This document shows positions 24,107-32,000 of a stretch of 32,000 nt of DNA, piece after piece. Numbering within the stretch: position 1 is the stretch's first letter; every line of letters begins with the position of its first letter. The stretch is from Candidatus Altimarinota bacterium (GTDB taxonomy: Bacteria; Patescibacteriota; Gracilibacteria; UBA1369), in the NCBI GenBank assembly GCA_041659405.1, contig JBAZYK010000001.1, positions 120,001 through 152,000 of the forward strand, in the 5' to 3' direction. A program made the translations under genes and the position numbers. The notes beneath the pieces are model-generated. The model saw nothing but the letters and a program-made list of their open reading frames with translations, had not been told where the DNA came from and did not search any database.

Positions 24107-26281
24107 CTACCTTGCTGAAGTTTTAAAGCTTCCACTGTTCATGACAATTTTTCGAGCAGTTTGTCTGGCGGCTATTTTTTCACGTTTTCTGTAGGTTTGT
24201 GAACCGTAAACTACTGCAGGATGCAGAATATGGTCTATGACAGGCGCTTCACGCTTGGCACGATATTTTTTGTATGAGCTTTCGGTGTTATCACTGACAC
24301 TGTAAAGCAAAAAATCCTTTAAGTTTTGAACAACCGTTATTTCAAAATTCATCCTGGTTTGATCTTTACCAACAAAGGCATATCCGGACATATTTTCCCT
24401 ATTGTGTGCGGGAAAAGCGCTGTTTTCATTTTGCTCTTTTTCTTCGGTGAAGCGTGTCGTTTTTTTACCATCAGTCATGAAATTTCTGGCAAAATATTTA
24501 CGCAGATCTTCATAATCTGCCGGATTAACCGGAATAATGCTGGTGCGCACCAAGTCGGTAAAATCCGGATGTTTTTTTCCTTCACGAAGAAAATTGGATA
24601 TTATGGAAAAAAGATCTTTATCGTGAAATAATTGTTCATTTTCGTTGGCATAAAAATAAACAGGAATTGTTTTTGGCCCCTCATGGGTGGGAATAGTTAC
24701 AGTAGTTTGATAAAATTTCTTGTTCTCGATTTCGTGCAGTACCGAGCCATCTTCACCTGTATTTTTCTCGGCTGGTCGATCCTGAAGAGATTTTTCATCA
24801 GTTATAAAATCATACCTGTTACCGTTGCTTCCGTTTGGATTTTCTTTAACTCTAAAAGAGATTGTTTTAATTTTCTCTTCGGTCAGCTCGCCCATCTCAA
24901 GAAATTCAATAAAGAAATCTCTAATGGCATCACGATCCTTGATTCGATTTTGAACATCTCTAATGTTGGCACATTTTCTAACGATTATCATGTATTTTAA
25001 AACGGTTCCGGCTTCATGACTTAACACTTTTAAAACATTGGATCTTCCATGCTTTTTTATTAATGCTTCCTGCCGCTCTTTTGGAAGTTTCCGCAATAAA
25101 TAAACAGGTCTAATGCTCCACTGTAACAGCTCTTCAACATTGTCAGAAGCCATTATTTCTTTCGTGAAATCATATTCTTTTCTGACCGGATCATTTTGAT
25201 CAGTGTCGGCAAAAAACTCATTAAAGCTCCATTCAATAAAATCCTTGGCCTGTCCAAGATCTTTAGCCAGTGTTTCCCGGTCATTATTACTGGTGTAATG
25301 TCTAAGCAATGGGGCCCGATGTTCCGGTTTTGCCAAAAGAAATTTCCAGACAGCTTTTTTAATGGTTGGTGCCGAAATTACTTTTTCCATTCCACGTTGA
25401 TTGGTACTTGTAAATTCATCAAAATCGGGCTCATCACTCATTTCCGCGGCACGGGCATCAGCAATTACCGGCTCAAAAAATCTGGTCCAGACTTTGTCAA
25501 AATCCGCTTCGTTTTCTCGAGGGAATCCATTGGAATCCTGTGGTAAATTTGCATCTACCGCTCCACGAATACTATCCGTGGATGTTTCGGTCTGATCTTC
25601 GGTTCCAAGAAACCACCGATAAAGCTCATTATGAATAACATGTTCATCTAAAATTTCATTTTCATTCAAAAATTCAATAAATTTCTTAATGTTTCCCGTA
25701 TTCGCTATTACTTCAGTGTTTTTCCGTGATATCAGTCGTGGGAAAATATACTCTTTCATAAATTCTTCCGCGTCTGCTCCAAATTCTTCACGAAAAGTTT
25801 TTTTGGAAATATGCGCGGCAGTTTCATTGATTTTTTCAACCAGGAGTGCCTTAAGTTCACTATCAAACAAGTCAATAACTTTCAAATCGGGATATTGCTT
25901 CTTCAATTTTTGTAAATTTTGATAGAGTGAAGCTATACTTTTTTCATATCTATTTAAAAATTTGAGAAGTTTTGCTTTTGCTTCCTGAAACTGCGGATCT
26001 TCCGGCGTTAATGGGTTTTCAATATTTTCAGTCGGCGCTTGAATGTTCTTGATAAAATCGGCAGCCAAAGAAGTTGCAAATCCATTGCGGAAAATTGCCA
26101 TAAATTCGTGCTCGAGCATGCCATATTTCGTAAACGCACGTGTGACCAGGTCTCTGATTAAGCCCTTGATTGGTGCGTCAGGTTTTGAATTCAATTCTTC
26201 AGCATAATCTGAAAGATCAGCGAATTCCGGGCTTTGCACAATGCGGTGAGGCAAATCTATTTGTTCCGCTAAATTAATCAT
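24107..26281 (-). CDS. Large hypothetical cytoplasmic protein (724 aa)
   Basis: Long ORF with no signal peptide or TM segment. A strong promoter lies upstream. I recognise no domain with confidence; see findings for a weak motif-order resemblance in the C-terminal ~120 aa. Confidence 0.75.
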   Translation of the reverse strand: MINLAEQIDLPHRIVQSPEFADLSDYAEELNSKPDAPIKGLIRDLVTRAFTKYGMLEHEFMAIFRNGFATSLAADFIKNIQAPTENIENPLTPEDPQFQEAKAKLLKFLNRYEKSIASLYQNLQKLKKQYPDLKVIDLFDSELKALLVEKINETAAHISKKTFREEFGADAEEFMKEYIFPRLISRKNTEVIANTGNIKKFIEFLNENEILDEHVIHNELYRWFLGTEDQTETSTDSIRGAVDANLPQDSNGFPRENEADFDKVWTRFFEPVIADARAAEMSDEPDFDEFTSTNQRGMEKVISAPTIKKAVWKFLLAKPEHRAPLLRHYTSNNDRETLAKDLGQAKDFIEWSFNEFFADTDQNDPVRKEYDFTKEIMASDNVEELLQWSIRPVYLLRKLPKERQEALIKKHGRSNVLKVLSHEAGTVLKYMIIVRKCANIRDVQNRIKDRDAIRDFFIEFLEMGELTEEKIKTISFRVKENPNGSNGNRYDFITDEKSLQDRPAEKNTGEDGSVLHEIENKKFYQTTVTIPTHEGPKTIPVYFYANENEQLFHDKDLFSIISNFLREGKKHPDFTDLVRTSIIPVNPADYEDLRKYFARNFMTDGKKTTRFTEEKEQNENSAFPAHNRENMSGYAFVGKDQTRMNFEITVVQNLKDFLLYSVSDNTESSYKKYRAKREAPVIDHILHPAVVYGSQTYRKREKIAARQTARKIVMNSGSFKTSAR

Positions 26282-26350
26282 TATAGTTAAATCATAAAAA
26301 ACCTCTTTCCGTGAAGAGATTCATTGTTTTTGAAACTTTCATTGGCATTC

Positions 26351-26378
26351 ATTCTATGAATTTTCAAAAAAGTGTCAA
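26351..26378 (-). promoter_or_regulatory. Strong sigma70-type promoter of the 724-aa ORF
   Basis: Minus strand reads TTGACA-16 nt-TAGAAT. The -10 lies about 70 nt upstream of the ATG at 26281. Confidence 0.55.
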
Positions 26379-26466
26379 GGGCTTTTTCACTGAAGGGGCG
26401 CAAGAGATTTTGTTATGCTTAAGCCTTTGCTGGTAAGATGACAGAAGGTTGGTTATTTACCTGCGT

Positions 26467-28164
26467 ATGGTTAAGCATTTTCAAAAAATAAGCACTTCGT
26501 GCGTGCTTGATGAAGTGATTGAGTTATTGTGGTTAACGGTTGTTTTTGCTTTACCCTTGGTCTTTTTGCCGAGTCTTTACACCACCTTTGAAATACCAAA
26601 AGTGGTGCTTTTTAGGGTGGTGACCTGGATTATGCTTTTGCTGTTTTTGATCAGGATCGGCAGGCATGGGATGAAATTTGGCAGGTCAAAAATGATCAAA
26701 TGGCTTTGGATTTTTGGCGGAGCGTTTTTGACTTTTTATCTATTGGCGACAATCTTTTCGACGTCACCGATTGTTAGTATTTTCGGCTTTTATCCACGCT
26801 TTCAGGGGCTTTATACTTTTTCGTGTTATGTAATTTTCGCGCTGATTGTTTTTCTGCAAATTGGCTCACAGGCCGATAAAACCAGTCGCGAAACCCAAGT
26901 TCGGCGAATCATAAAAACCATTTTTATTTCGGTGAGTCTGGTTTCGGTAATTGCGCTTTTGCAAAAATTTTTGCCGGGATTTTTGGCTTTCTGGAACGAT
27001 CAGGCTTTTGAAGGCAGAATTTATGGAACCATGGCCAATCCAAATTATTTGGGCAGTATTTTGGTAATGATTATTCCGTTGATGCTGATACGGCTTGTGG
27101 AAAACGAGGAAGAATCAAAGAAAAATAGAGCCACCTCAAAAAACATTTTTACAAAAACCATGCTTGTTTTGGCGCTTCTGCTAAATTTTACGGCACTTTA
27201 TTTTACATATAGTCGCGCGGCTTTTGTGGGGCTTGCCATAGGTCTGTTTTTTGCATTTTGGGTAATGGCAAAGAAGAAACATTCACCGGGAGTATTTTGG
27301 GTAACAGTAGGAGGAATTTTGGTAATAGTTGGATTTGTGGTTGTTGTGAATCTTTTTGGGCAGAACTGGAAATCAACTTTTCTGGAGAGACTAAAATTTC
27401 AGGGTCAATATACCGTTTCCGCGGAAACCCGCCTGGAGCTTTGGCCGGCTGTAACACGCCAAATCTTGGCTAGACCTCTGCTTGGTTATGGGCCGGAAAC
27501 TTTCGCGTTAACGTTTCCAAATTTTGCCCCTAAAAATATCAACACTTCACCATTAAAAGGTGCATATCCCGACCGTGCTCACAATGAAATTCTGGATATG
27601 GCCGTGCAAATTGGCATACCCGGACTTATGGCCTATCTGGGATTTTTAATTTTATTTTTCGTTATCGCGACAAAAAAAATCATCAATGATAAAAGCCAAT
27701 CATCCTGGTATTATTTGGGATTATTAAGCGGAATTCTGGCCCTGTTTGTTTCCAATCAATTCGGATTTTCGGTTACCACGTTGTGGGTTTATTTCTTTCT
27801 GTTTGTGGCTGTATTGCTGCAATATCTACCGCCTGACGATAACAGCAAGAAGCTTGCTCAGCGGCTGTTTGCAAAATCAAAGCCGACTATCCCGGACACT
27901 TCGCACTCGGCTGTTGGCCTCGTCGAAATGGGTACTTCGCGCATGCGGATAAATATTTTTTTCAAAATCATATTTGTTTTATTGGTACTTGGTGCGGGAT
28001 CCTGGTTTGTCTTTTTTCATGATGTGCGCCTGATTGAAGCGGATCTTTTGTATCGAAAAGGAGTAGACATATCAAACAATAATCCCGATAATCATAATTC
28101 TGAAGTTTATAGTCAATACCTGCAAAAAGCGGCTTTGTTACAGCCAGATCAGTATCAACGATGA
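26467..28164 (+). CDS. O-antigen ligase/polymerase-like (Wzy_C-type) polytopic membrane protein with a C-terminal soluble tail
   Basis: Multiple TM helices. YSRAAFVGLAIGLFF and PDRAHNEILDMAVQIGIPGL resemble the O-antigen-ligase domain loop (H-N-x-x-L...G). The start is uncertain: ATG 26467 preferred over TTG 26449, and GTG 26515 is also possible. Confidence 0.8.
   Translation: MVKHFQKISTSCVLDEVIELLWLTVVFALPLVFLPSLYTTFEIPKVVLFRVVTWIMLLLFLIRIGRHGMKFGRSKMIKWLWIFGGAFLTFYLLATIFSTSPIVSIFGFYPRFQGLYTFSCYVIFALIVFLQIGSQADKTSRETQVRRIIKTIFISVSLVSVIALLQKFLPGFLAFWNDQAFEGRIYGTMANPNYLGSILVMIIPLMLIRLVENEEESKKNRATSKNIFTKTMLVLALLLNFTALYFTYSRAAFVGLAIGLFFAFWVMAKKKHSPGVFWVTVGGILVIVGFVVVVNLFGQNWKSTFLERLKFQGQYTVSAETRLELWPAVTRQILARPLLGYGPETFALTFPNFAPKNINTSPLKGAYPDRAHNEILDMAVQIGIPGLMAYLGFLILFFVIATKKIINDKSQSSWYYLGLLSGILALFVSNQFGFSVTTLWVYFFLFVAVLLQYLPPDDNSKKLAQRLFAKSKPTIPDTSHSAVGLVEMGTSRMRINIFFKIIFVLLVLGAGSWFVFFHDVRLIEADLLYRKGVDISNNNPDNHNSEVYSQYLQKAALLQPDQYQR
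26488..26508 (+). repeat. Family 1 repeat, partial copy D (3' module only) inside the 5' end of the CDS
   Basis: ATAAGCACTTCGTGCGTGCTT, translated as ISTSCVL in the gene frame. Confidence 0.6.
27904..27948 (+). repeat. Family 1 repeat, copy E, inserted in frame inside the O-antigen-ligase-like CDS
   Basis: CACTCGGCTGTTGGCCTCGTCGAAATGGGTACTTCGCGCATGCGG. The 3' 22 nt match copy C at about 19 of 22 positions by eye. Translated as HSAVGLVEMGTSRMR between the ligase core and the last TM helix. Confidence 0.65.
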
Positions 28165-28200
28165 ACCTTTTGACAATAGCCCGTTTGAAAAAACCGGGGG

Positions 28201-28228
28201 TTGACTTTTTAAAAATGCAACCTAAAAT
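28201..28228 (+). promoter_or_regulatory. Putative promoter of the atp operon
   Basis: TTGACT-16 nt-TAAAAT. The -10 lies about 53 nt upstream of the GTG start at 28281. Confidence 0.5.
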
Positions 28229-28280
28229 GCATGGCTAGTTCATCCAAATTAGTAATTGCTAATTCTTAAATTAAGTAAAA

Positions 28281-29123
28281 GTGGGAATCCAAGACCTAGA
28301 AATTCATCTTTCACCAAAAACGGTTTTCCAAATTGCACCTGGAATTCCGGTTACCAATACAGTTATTACGATGTGGGTTGTAATGGCGATTTTGATTGGG
28401 CTGGCTTTGGCTGTTCGTCTGACATTGAAGTTTGTTCCTAAAGGGTTCTTCCAAAATTTTGTGGAATGGTCGCTTCATGGCCTTTATAACTTTATGGAAG
28501 AAGTTGGCGGAAAGGCCGCAAAGAAGCATTTCACGATTTTTATAACTTTCTTTTTGACGATTCTTTTTTCCAACTGGCTTGGGATTGCCATGGGTTTAAT
28601 CGCTGAAGAATCAGGTTTTTTACGCGCCCCTACCAGCGACTTGAATACCACGGCCGCTTTTGCGCTTGTGGCCTTCATTTATTTTGAATATCAGGGAATG
28701 AAATCACATGGTTTTTTGGGACACCTTGGACACTTTGTGAATTTAAAAGCCCTTTTCACCGGAGGTGGAATGGGAATTATTGACTTCTTTGTTGGACTTT
28801 TGCATATTGTTTCGGAATTGGTTCGTCCGCTTGCGCTTGCTCTTCGTCTTTTTGGAAATATTTTTGGAGGAGAAATCGTTTTAACTGTGGCATTCTTATT
28901 GATTGGGCCGGCCTTCCCTCTGCCATTTATGGGTCTTGAAGTTATTATCGGTTTGATTCAGGCGTTTGTATTCTCGGTTTTGTTCTTAACATTTACGACC
29001 CTGAATACGGCTCATGAAGAAGAAGACAATGAAGTAATTGCTCCTACCAAAGAAGAACAGTCTGCTCCTATCGACGTCATTGTTGGTAGAGCGCAACATG
29101 GAAAATCCGGTGTACCGGCATAA
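28281..29123 (+). CDS. atpB: F0F1 ATP synthase subunit a, with a ~40-aa acidic C-terminal extension
   Basis: LALALRLFGNIFGGEIVL (the conserved Arg-containing helix), multiple TM helices, GTG start. Confidence 0.9.
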   Translation: MGIQDLEIHLSPKTVFQIAPGIPVTNTVITMWVVMAILIGLALAVRLTLKFVPKGFFQNFVEWSLHGLYNFMEEVGGKAAKKHFTIFITFFLTILFSNWLGIAMGLIAEESGFLRAPTSDLNTTAAFALVAFIYFEYQGMKSHGFLGHLGHFVNLKALFTGGGMGIIDFFVGLLHIVSELVRPLALALRLFGNIFGGEIVLTVAFLLIGPAFPLPFMGLEVIIGLIQAFVFSVLFLTFTTLNTAHEEEDNEVIAPTKEEQSAPIDVIVGRAQHGKSGVPA

Positions 29124-29135
29124 TAGCTTGATGCT

Positions 29136-29169
29136 GGCTTTTAAGGATTGATTAATCATCTTAAAAGCC
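29136..29169 (+). other. Intercistronic stem-loop between atpB and atpE
   Basis: GGCTTTTAAG-gattgattaatcat-CTTAAAAGCC: a 10-bp perfect stem with no T-tract after it. Confidence 0.5.
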
Positions 29170-29212
29170 GCCACTGAGAGATTATCTCACATTTATTTCT
29201 TAACTCATTTAA

Positions 29213-29437
<225 letters not shown>

Positions 29438-29473
29438 TAGCTTTATGGAAATGGCTTATTTGTTTAAAAATTT

Positions 29474-30094
29474 ATGAACGAACTAATATTCGCCCAGATT
29501 GCTCTGGCATCCCCTGCGGAAGCTACAGAGAACATTAATGCTGAAAATGCCCAGGCAAAAACCGGAACTGAAGCTCAAACGCTGGTTCCGGAAAAAGAGC
29601 ATGAAACTCAAGGGCTTTCAATTCAACCGGTTGTGGTGCTCACACAGGTTTTAAACCTGTTGATATTGATGCTTGCTTTGTATTTCATTCTTTACAAACC
29701 TCTTCTTAAGATGATGACCGAGCGTGAGAAGAAAATAAAGGATGGCGTTGAAAACGCAGATAAAGCAGACAAAATGTTAAGTGAAGCTACCGTTACTCAG
29801 GCTGAAATTGTTAAAAAAGCCAATATGGAAGGCCAGCAGGTTATGGAGAAAGCTCGCAAAGCCGGTGAAGAACTCAAATCCGGAATTGTTGGAAACGCCC
29901 ATACCGAAGCCGGCCAAATCATTAAGTCCGGCCATCAATTGGTTGAAATGGAAAAATCCAAAACTTTGCAGGAACTAAAGAGTAAGGCTGTAAACATTAT
30001 AATTAAAGCTACAGAAAACATCCTGAAAGAAAAATTGGATGCTCAAAAAGATGCTAAATTTATTGACGAAAGTCTTAATTCAATCAGTGCATGA
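29474..30094 (+). CDS. atpF: F0F1 ATP synthase subunit b, with an N-terminal extension
   Basis: Single TM (VLNLLILMLALYFILYKPLLKMM) followed by a long charged helix. Position in the atp operon supports the call. Confidence 0.8.
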   Translation: MNELIFAQIALASPAEATENINAENAQAKTGTEAQTLVPEKEHETQGLSIQPVVVLTQVLNLLILMLALYFILYKPLLKMMTEREKKIKDGVENADKADKMLSEATVTQAEIVKKANMEGQQVMEKARKAGEELKSGIVGNAHTEAGQIIKSGHQLVEMEKSKTLQELKSKAVNIIIKATENILKEKLDAQKDAKFIDESLNSISA

Positions 30095-30645
30095 TCTCAA
30101 CAAATTCTCATTTAAAATACGGCAAAGCGCTCTATGAAGTCGCTTCAAAAAAACAGGAGGAAGCCCCTATTTTGCATGAGCTAAAAGCGGTTTGCGAACT
30201 TTATCATCATGTTAAGATTAAAAAAATGATGGATTCGCTTTCTCTGATGGAGAAATCCGCACGAGACCTGGTTTTGGATAAAACTTTTGAAGGTAAAGTA
30301 AATCTGCTTGTTGTGAATTTGTTAAAAATGCTGGCTTCAGCTAGAAAATTGGTTTTATTACCAAAGGTTTATGAAGCTTACAGCCAGATTTATCATGAAG
30401 CTAAAGGCATTGAAGAGGTTGTGATTGCTTCGGCGCGGCCTTTAAGCAAGGATGAAGAACATAATCTGATTAAAAAACTTGAAGAGAAAATGAAGAAAAA
30501 AATATCGGTCCATTTTAAAACTGATGCTGCACTTATTGGTGGCGTGCAAATCTTTGAAAGGGGCTATCTGACTGACTTTTCGGTTCAACATTATCTTACA
30601 AATTTGCAAAAATATCTTTTGCATCACGAAACCCCTTTCAACTAA
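30091..30645 (+). CDS. atpH: F0F1 ATP synthase subunit delta (OSCP)
   Basis: YGKALYEVASKK... N-terminus and ...ALIGGVQIFERGYLTDFSV C-terminus are typical of delta/OSCP. The ATGA start overlaps the atpF stop. Confidence 0.8.
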   Translation: MISTNSHLKYGKALYEVASKKQEEAPILHELKAVCELYHHVKIKKMMDSLSLMEKSARDLVLDKTFEGKVNLLVVNLLKMLASARKLVLLPKVYEAYSQIYHEAKGIEEVVIASARPLSKDEEHNLIKKLEEKMKKKISVHFKTDAALIGGVQIFERGYLTDFSVQHYLTNLQKYLLHHETPFN

Positions 30646-30673
30646 AAATTAGTAATTAATAATTTTAAAAACT

Positions 30674-32000
30674 ATGCAAATTAATGCCCAAGAGATTACA
30701 GAATTCCTGGCAAAACAACTGGAAAATTATCAATTTCAACCTGAGAAAACCGGTGTTGGAGCCATCGTCTCGATTGGTGATGGAGTTGCCCAGGTAAGCG
30801 GCTTGAATGACGTGAAGATGGGTGAAATGATTGAGTTTCCAGGCGGCACCTTTGGTATGGCTATTAACTTAAGCCATGATACCGTTGGCTGTATTTTGTT
30901 TGATCTGGGTAAACATTTGAAAGAAGGCGATATGGTTAAGAGTACCGGCCGCGTGATGGAAGTTCCTGTTGGTGAAGCGCTTACCGGCCGTGTTGTGAAT
31001 GCTCTTGGACAACCTGTAGATGGAAAAGGACCGGTTAAGACTACCAAATTCCGTCCAATTGAACATAAAGCCGAAGGTGTAATTTCCCGCAAGTCGGTTA
31101 ATACTCCTTTGCAAACAGGTATTAAAGCCGTTGATGCCATGATCCCGATTGGTCGTGGTCAACGTGAACTTATTATCGGTGATCGCCAAATTGGTAAAAC
31201 TGCGATCGCGATCGATACAATCATCAATCAAAAAGGCCAAAAGGTACATTGTTTTTATGTTGCGATCGGCCAGAAACAATCAACTATTGCAACCGTAGTA
31301 AACAAATTGGAACAATCCGGTGCTATGGAATATACAACTGTGATTGTGGCTACAGCTTCCGATGCTGCGGCTTTGAGTTTTATTGCTCCTTATACCGGTT
31401 GCGCCATGGCGGAAGACGTTATGTACAGCGGTAAAGATGCTTTGATTGTTTATGATGATCTTTCCAAACATGCGTGGGCTTACCGTGAAGTTTCCTTGTT
31501 GTTACGCCGTCCACCGGGTCGTGAAGCGTATCCGGGCGATGTATTTTATTTGCATTCCCGTTTGTTGGAACGTGCTTCCCGCCTTGCGGATGACTTGGGT
31601 GGTGGATCATTAACCGCTTTGCCAATTATTGAAACACAGGCCGGTGACGTTTCCGCTTATATTCCAACCAACGTAATTTCAATTACAGATGGTCAGATTT
31701 ATTTGGAAGCTGAACTTTTCTATGCCGGTAAACGTCCTGCTATTAATGCCGGTATTTCCGTATCACGCGTAGGTGGCTCCGCTCAGGTTCCGGTTATGAA
31801 AAAAGTTGCCGGTAACTTACGTTTAAGTTTGTCTCAATTCCGTGAAATGGAAAGCTTTGCGCAAATTGGTTCAGATCTTGATCCACAAACAAAAGCGTTG
31901 TTGGAACGTGGCCAACGCATGACAGAAGTATTGAAACAACCACAATATCGACCGCTTTCCGTTGCCAAGCAGGTTGCAATTATTTACGCTGTGAATTCCG
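30674..32000 (+). CDS. atpA: F0F1 ATP synthase subunit alpha, 3' end cut by the window edge
   Basis: Absent from the ORF track because there is no stop inside the window. Read directly: [20 protein letters not shown]...[29 protein letters not shown] (Walker A)...[41 protein letters not shown]. Confidence 0.95.
   Translation, partial: MQINAQEITEFLAKQLENYQFQPEKTGVGAIVSIGDGVAQVSGLNDVKMGEMIEFPGGTFGMAINLSHDTVGCILFDLGKHLKEGDMVKSTGRVMEVPVGEALTGRVVNALGQPVDGKGPVKTTKFRPIEHKAEGVISRKSVNTPLQTGIKAVDAMIPIGRGQRELIIGDRQIGKTAIAIDTIINQKGQKVHCFYVAIGQKQSTIATVVNKLEQSGAMEYTTVIVATASDAAALSFIAPYTGCAMAEDVMYSGKDALIVYDDLSKHAWAYREVSLLLRRPPGREAYPGDVFYLHSRLLERASRLADDLGGGSLTALPIIETQAGDVSAYIPTNVISITDGQIYLEAELFYAGKRPAINAGISVSRVGGSAQVPVMKKVAGNLRLSLSQFREMESFAQIGSDLDPQTKALLERGQRMTEVLKQPQYRPLSVAKQVAIIYAVNS

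Noticed and set aside
26282-26350. Leader hairpin CTCTTcacggaAAGAG followed by T6, just upstream of the 724-aa ORF start (minus strand), as a possible attenuator
   Set aside because: The stem is only 5 bp with a 6-nt loop, too weak to argue for attenuation from sequence alone.

Overview
AT-rich bacterial chromosomal window read with the standard code (TAA, TAG and TGA all end long ORFs; no sign of TGA recoding). I found no rRNA, tRNA or CRISPR array. Recognisable housekeeping genes: uvrA (-), a glpD-like gene (-), HAD-IIA phosphatase (-), PrsW-like protease (-), recF (-), thrS (+), an O-antigen-ligase-like membrane protein (+), and atpB-atpE-atpF-atpH-atpA (+, atpA runs off the 3' edge). Accessory content: (1) a 5'-truncated surface protein with TSP3-like and SLH-like modules, followed by four consecutive secreted proteins that look paralogous (shared motifs and C-terminal Cys); (2) a Phd/YefM-RelE/ParE toxin-antitoxin pair; (3) two promoter-equipped minus-strand ORFan pairs (119+681 aa and 724+158 aa); (4) an HNH-domain protein with a duplicated 3' coding end; (5) an excisionase-type HTH protein next to iteron-like repeats. 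The most unusual signal is non-genic. Two families of short GC-rich palindromic repeats are scattered through this AT-rich DNA. Several copies sit in frame inside CDSs (O-antigen-ligase-like, glpD-like, HAD, possibly recF) or directly after stop codons in the same frame (cluster gene 4, thrS). There is also a 193-bp element with perfect 26-bp inverted termini between uvrA and the TA module. The combination of insertions in housekeeping proteins and many ORFans is consistent with an uncultivated small-genome bacterium (CPR/Patescibacteria-like), but that is inference only. Every homology call here comes from motif recognition by eye, not from database searches.
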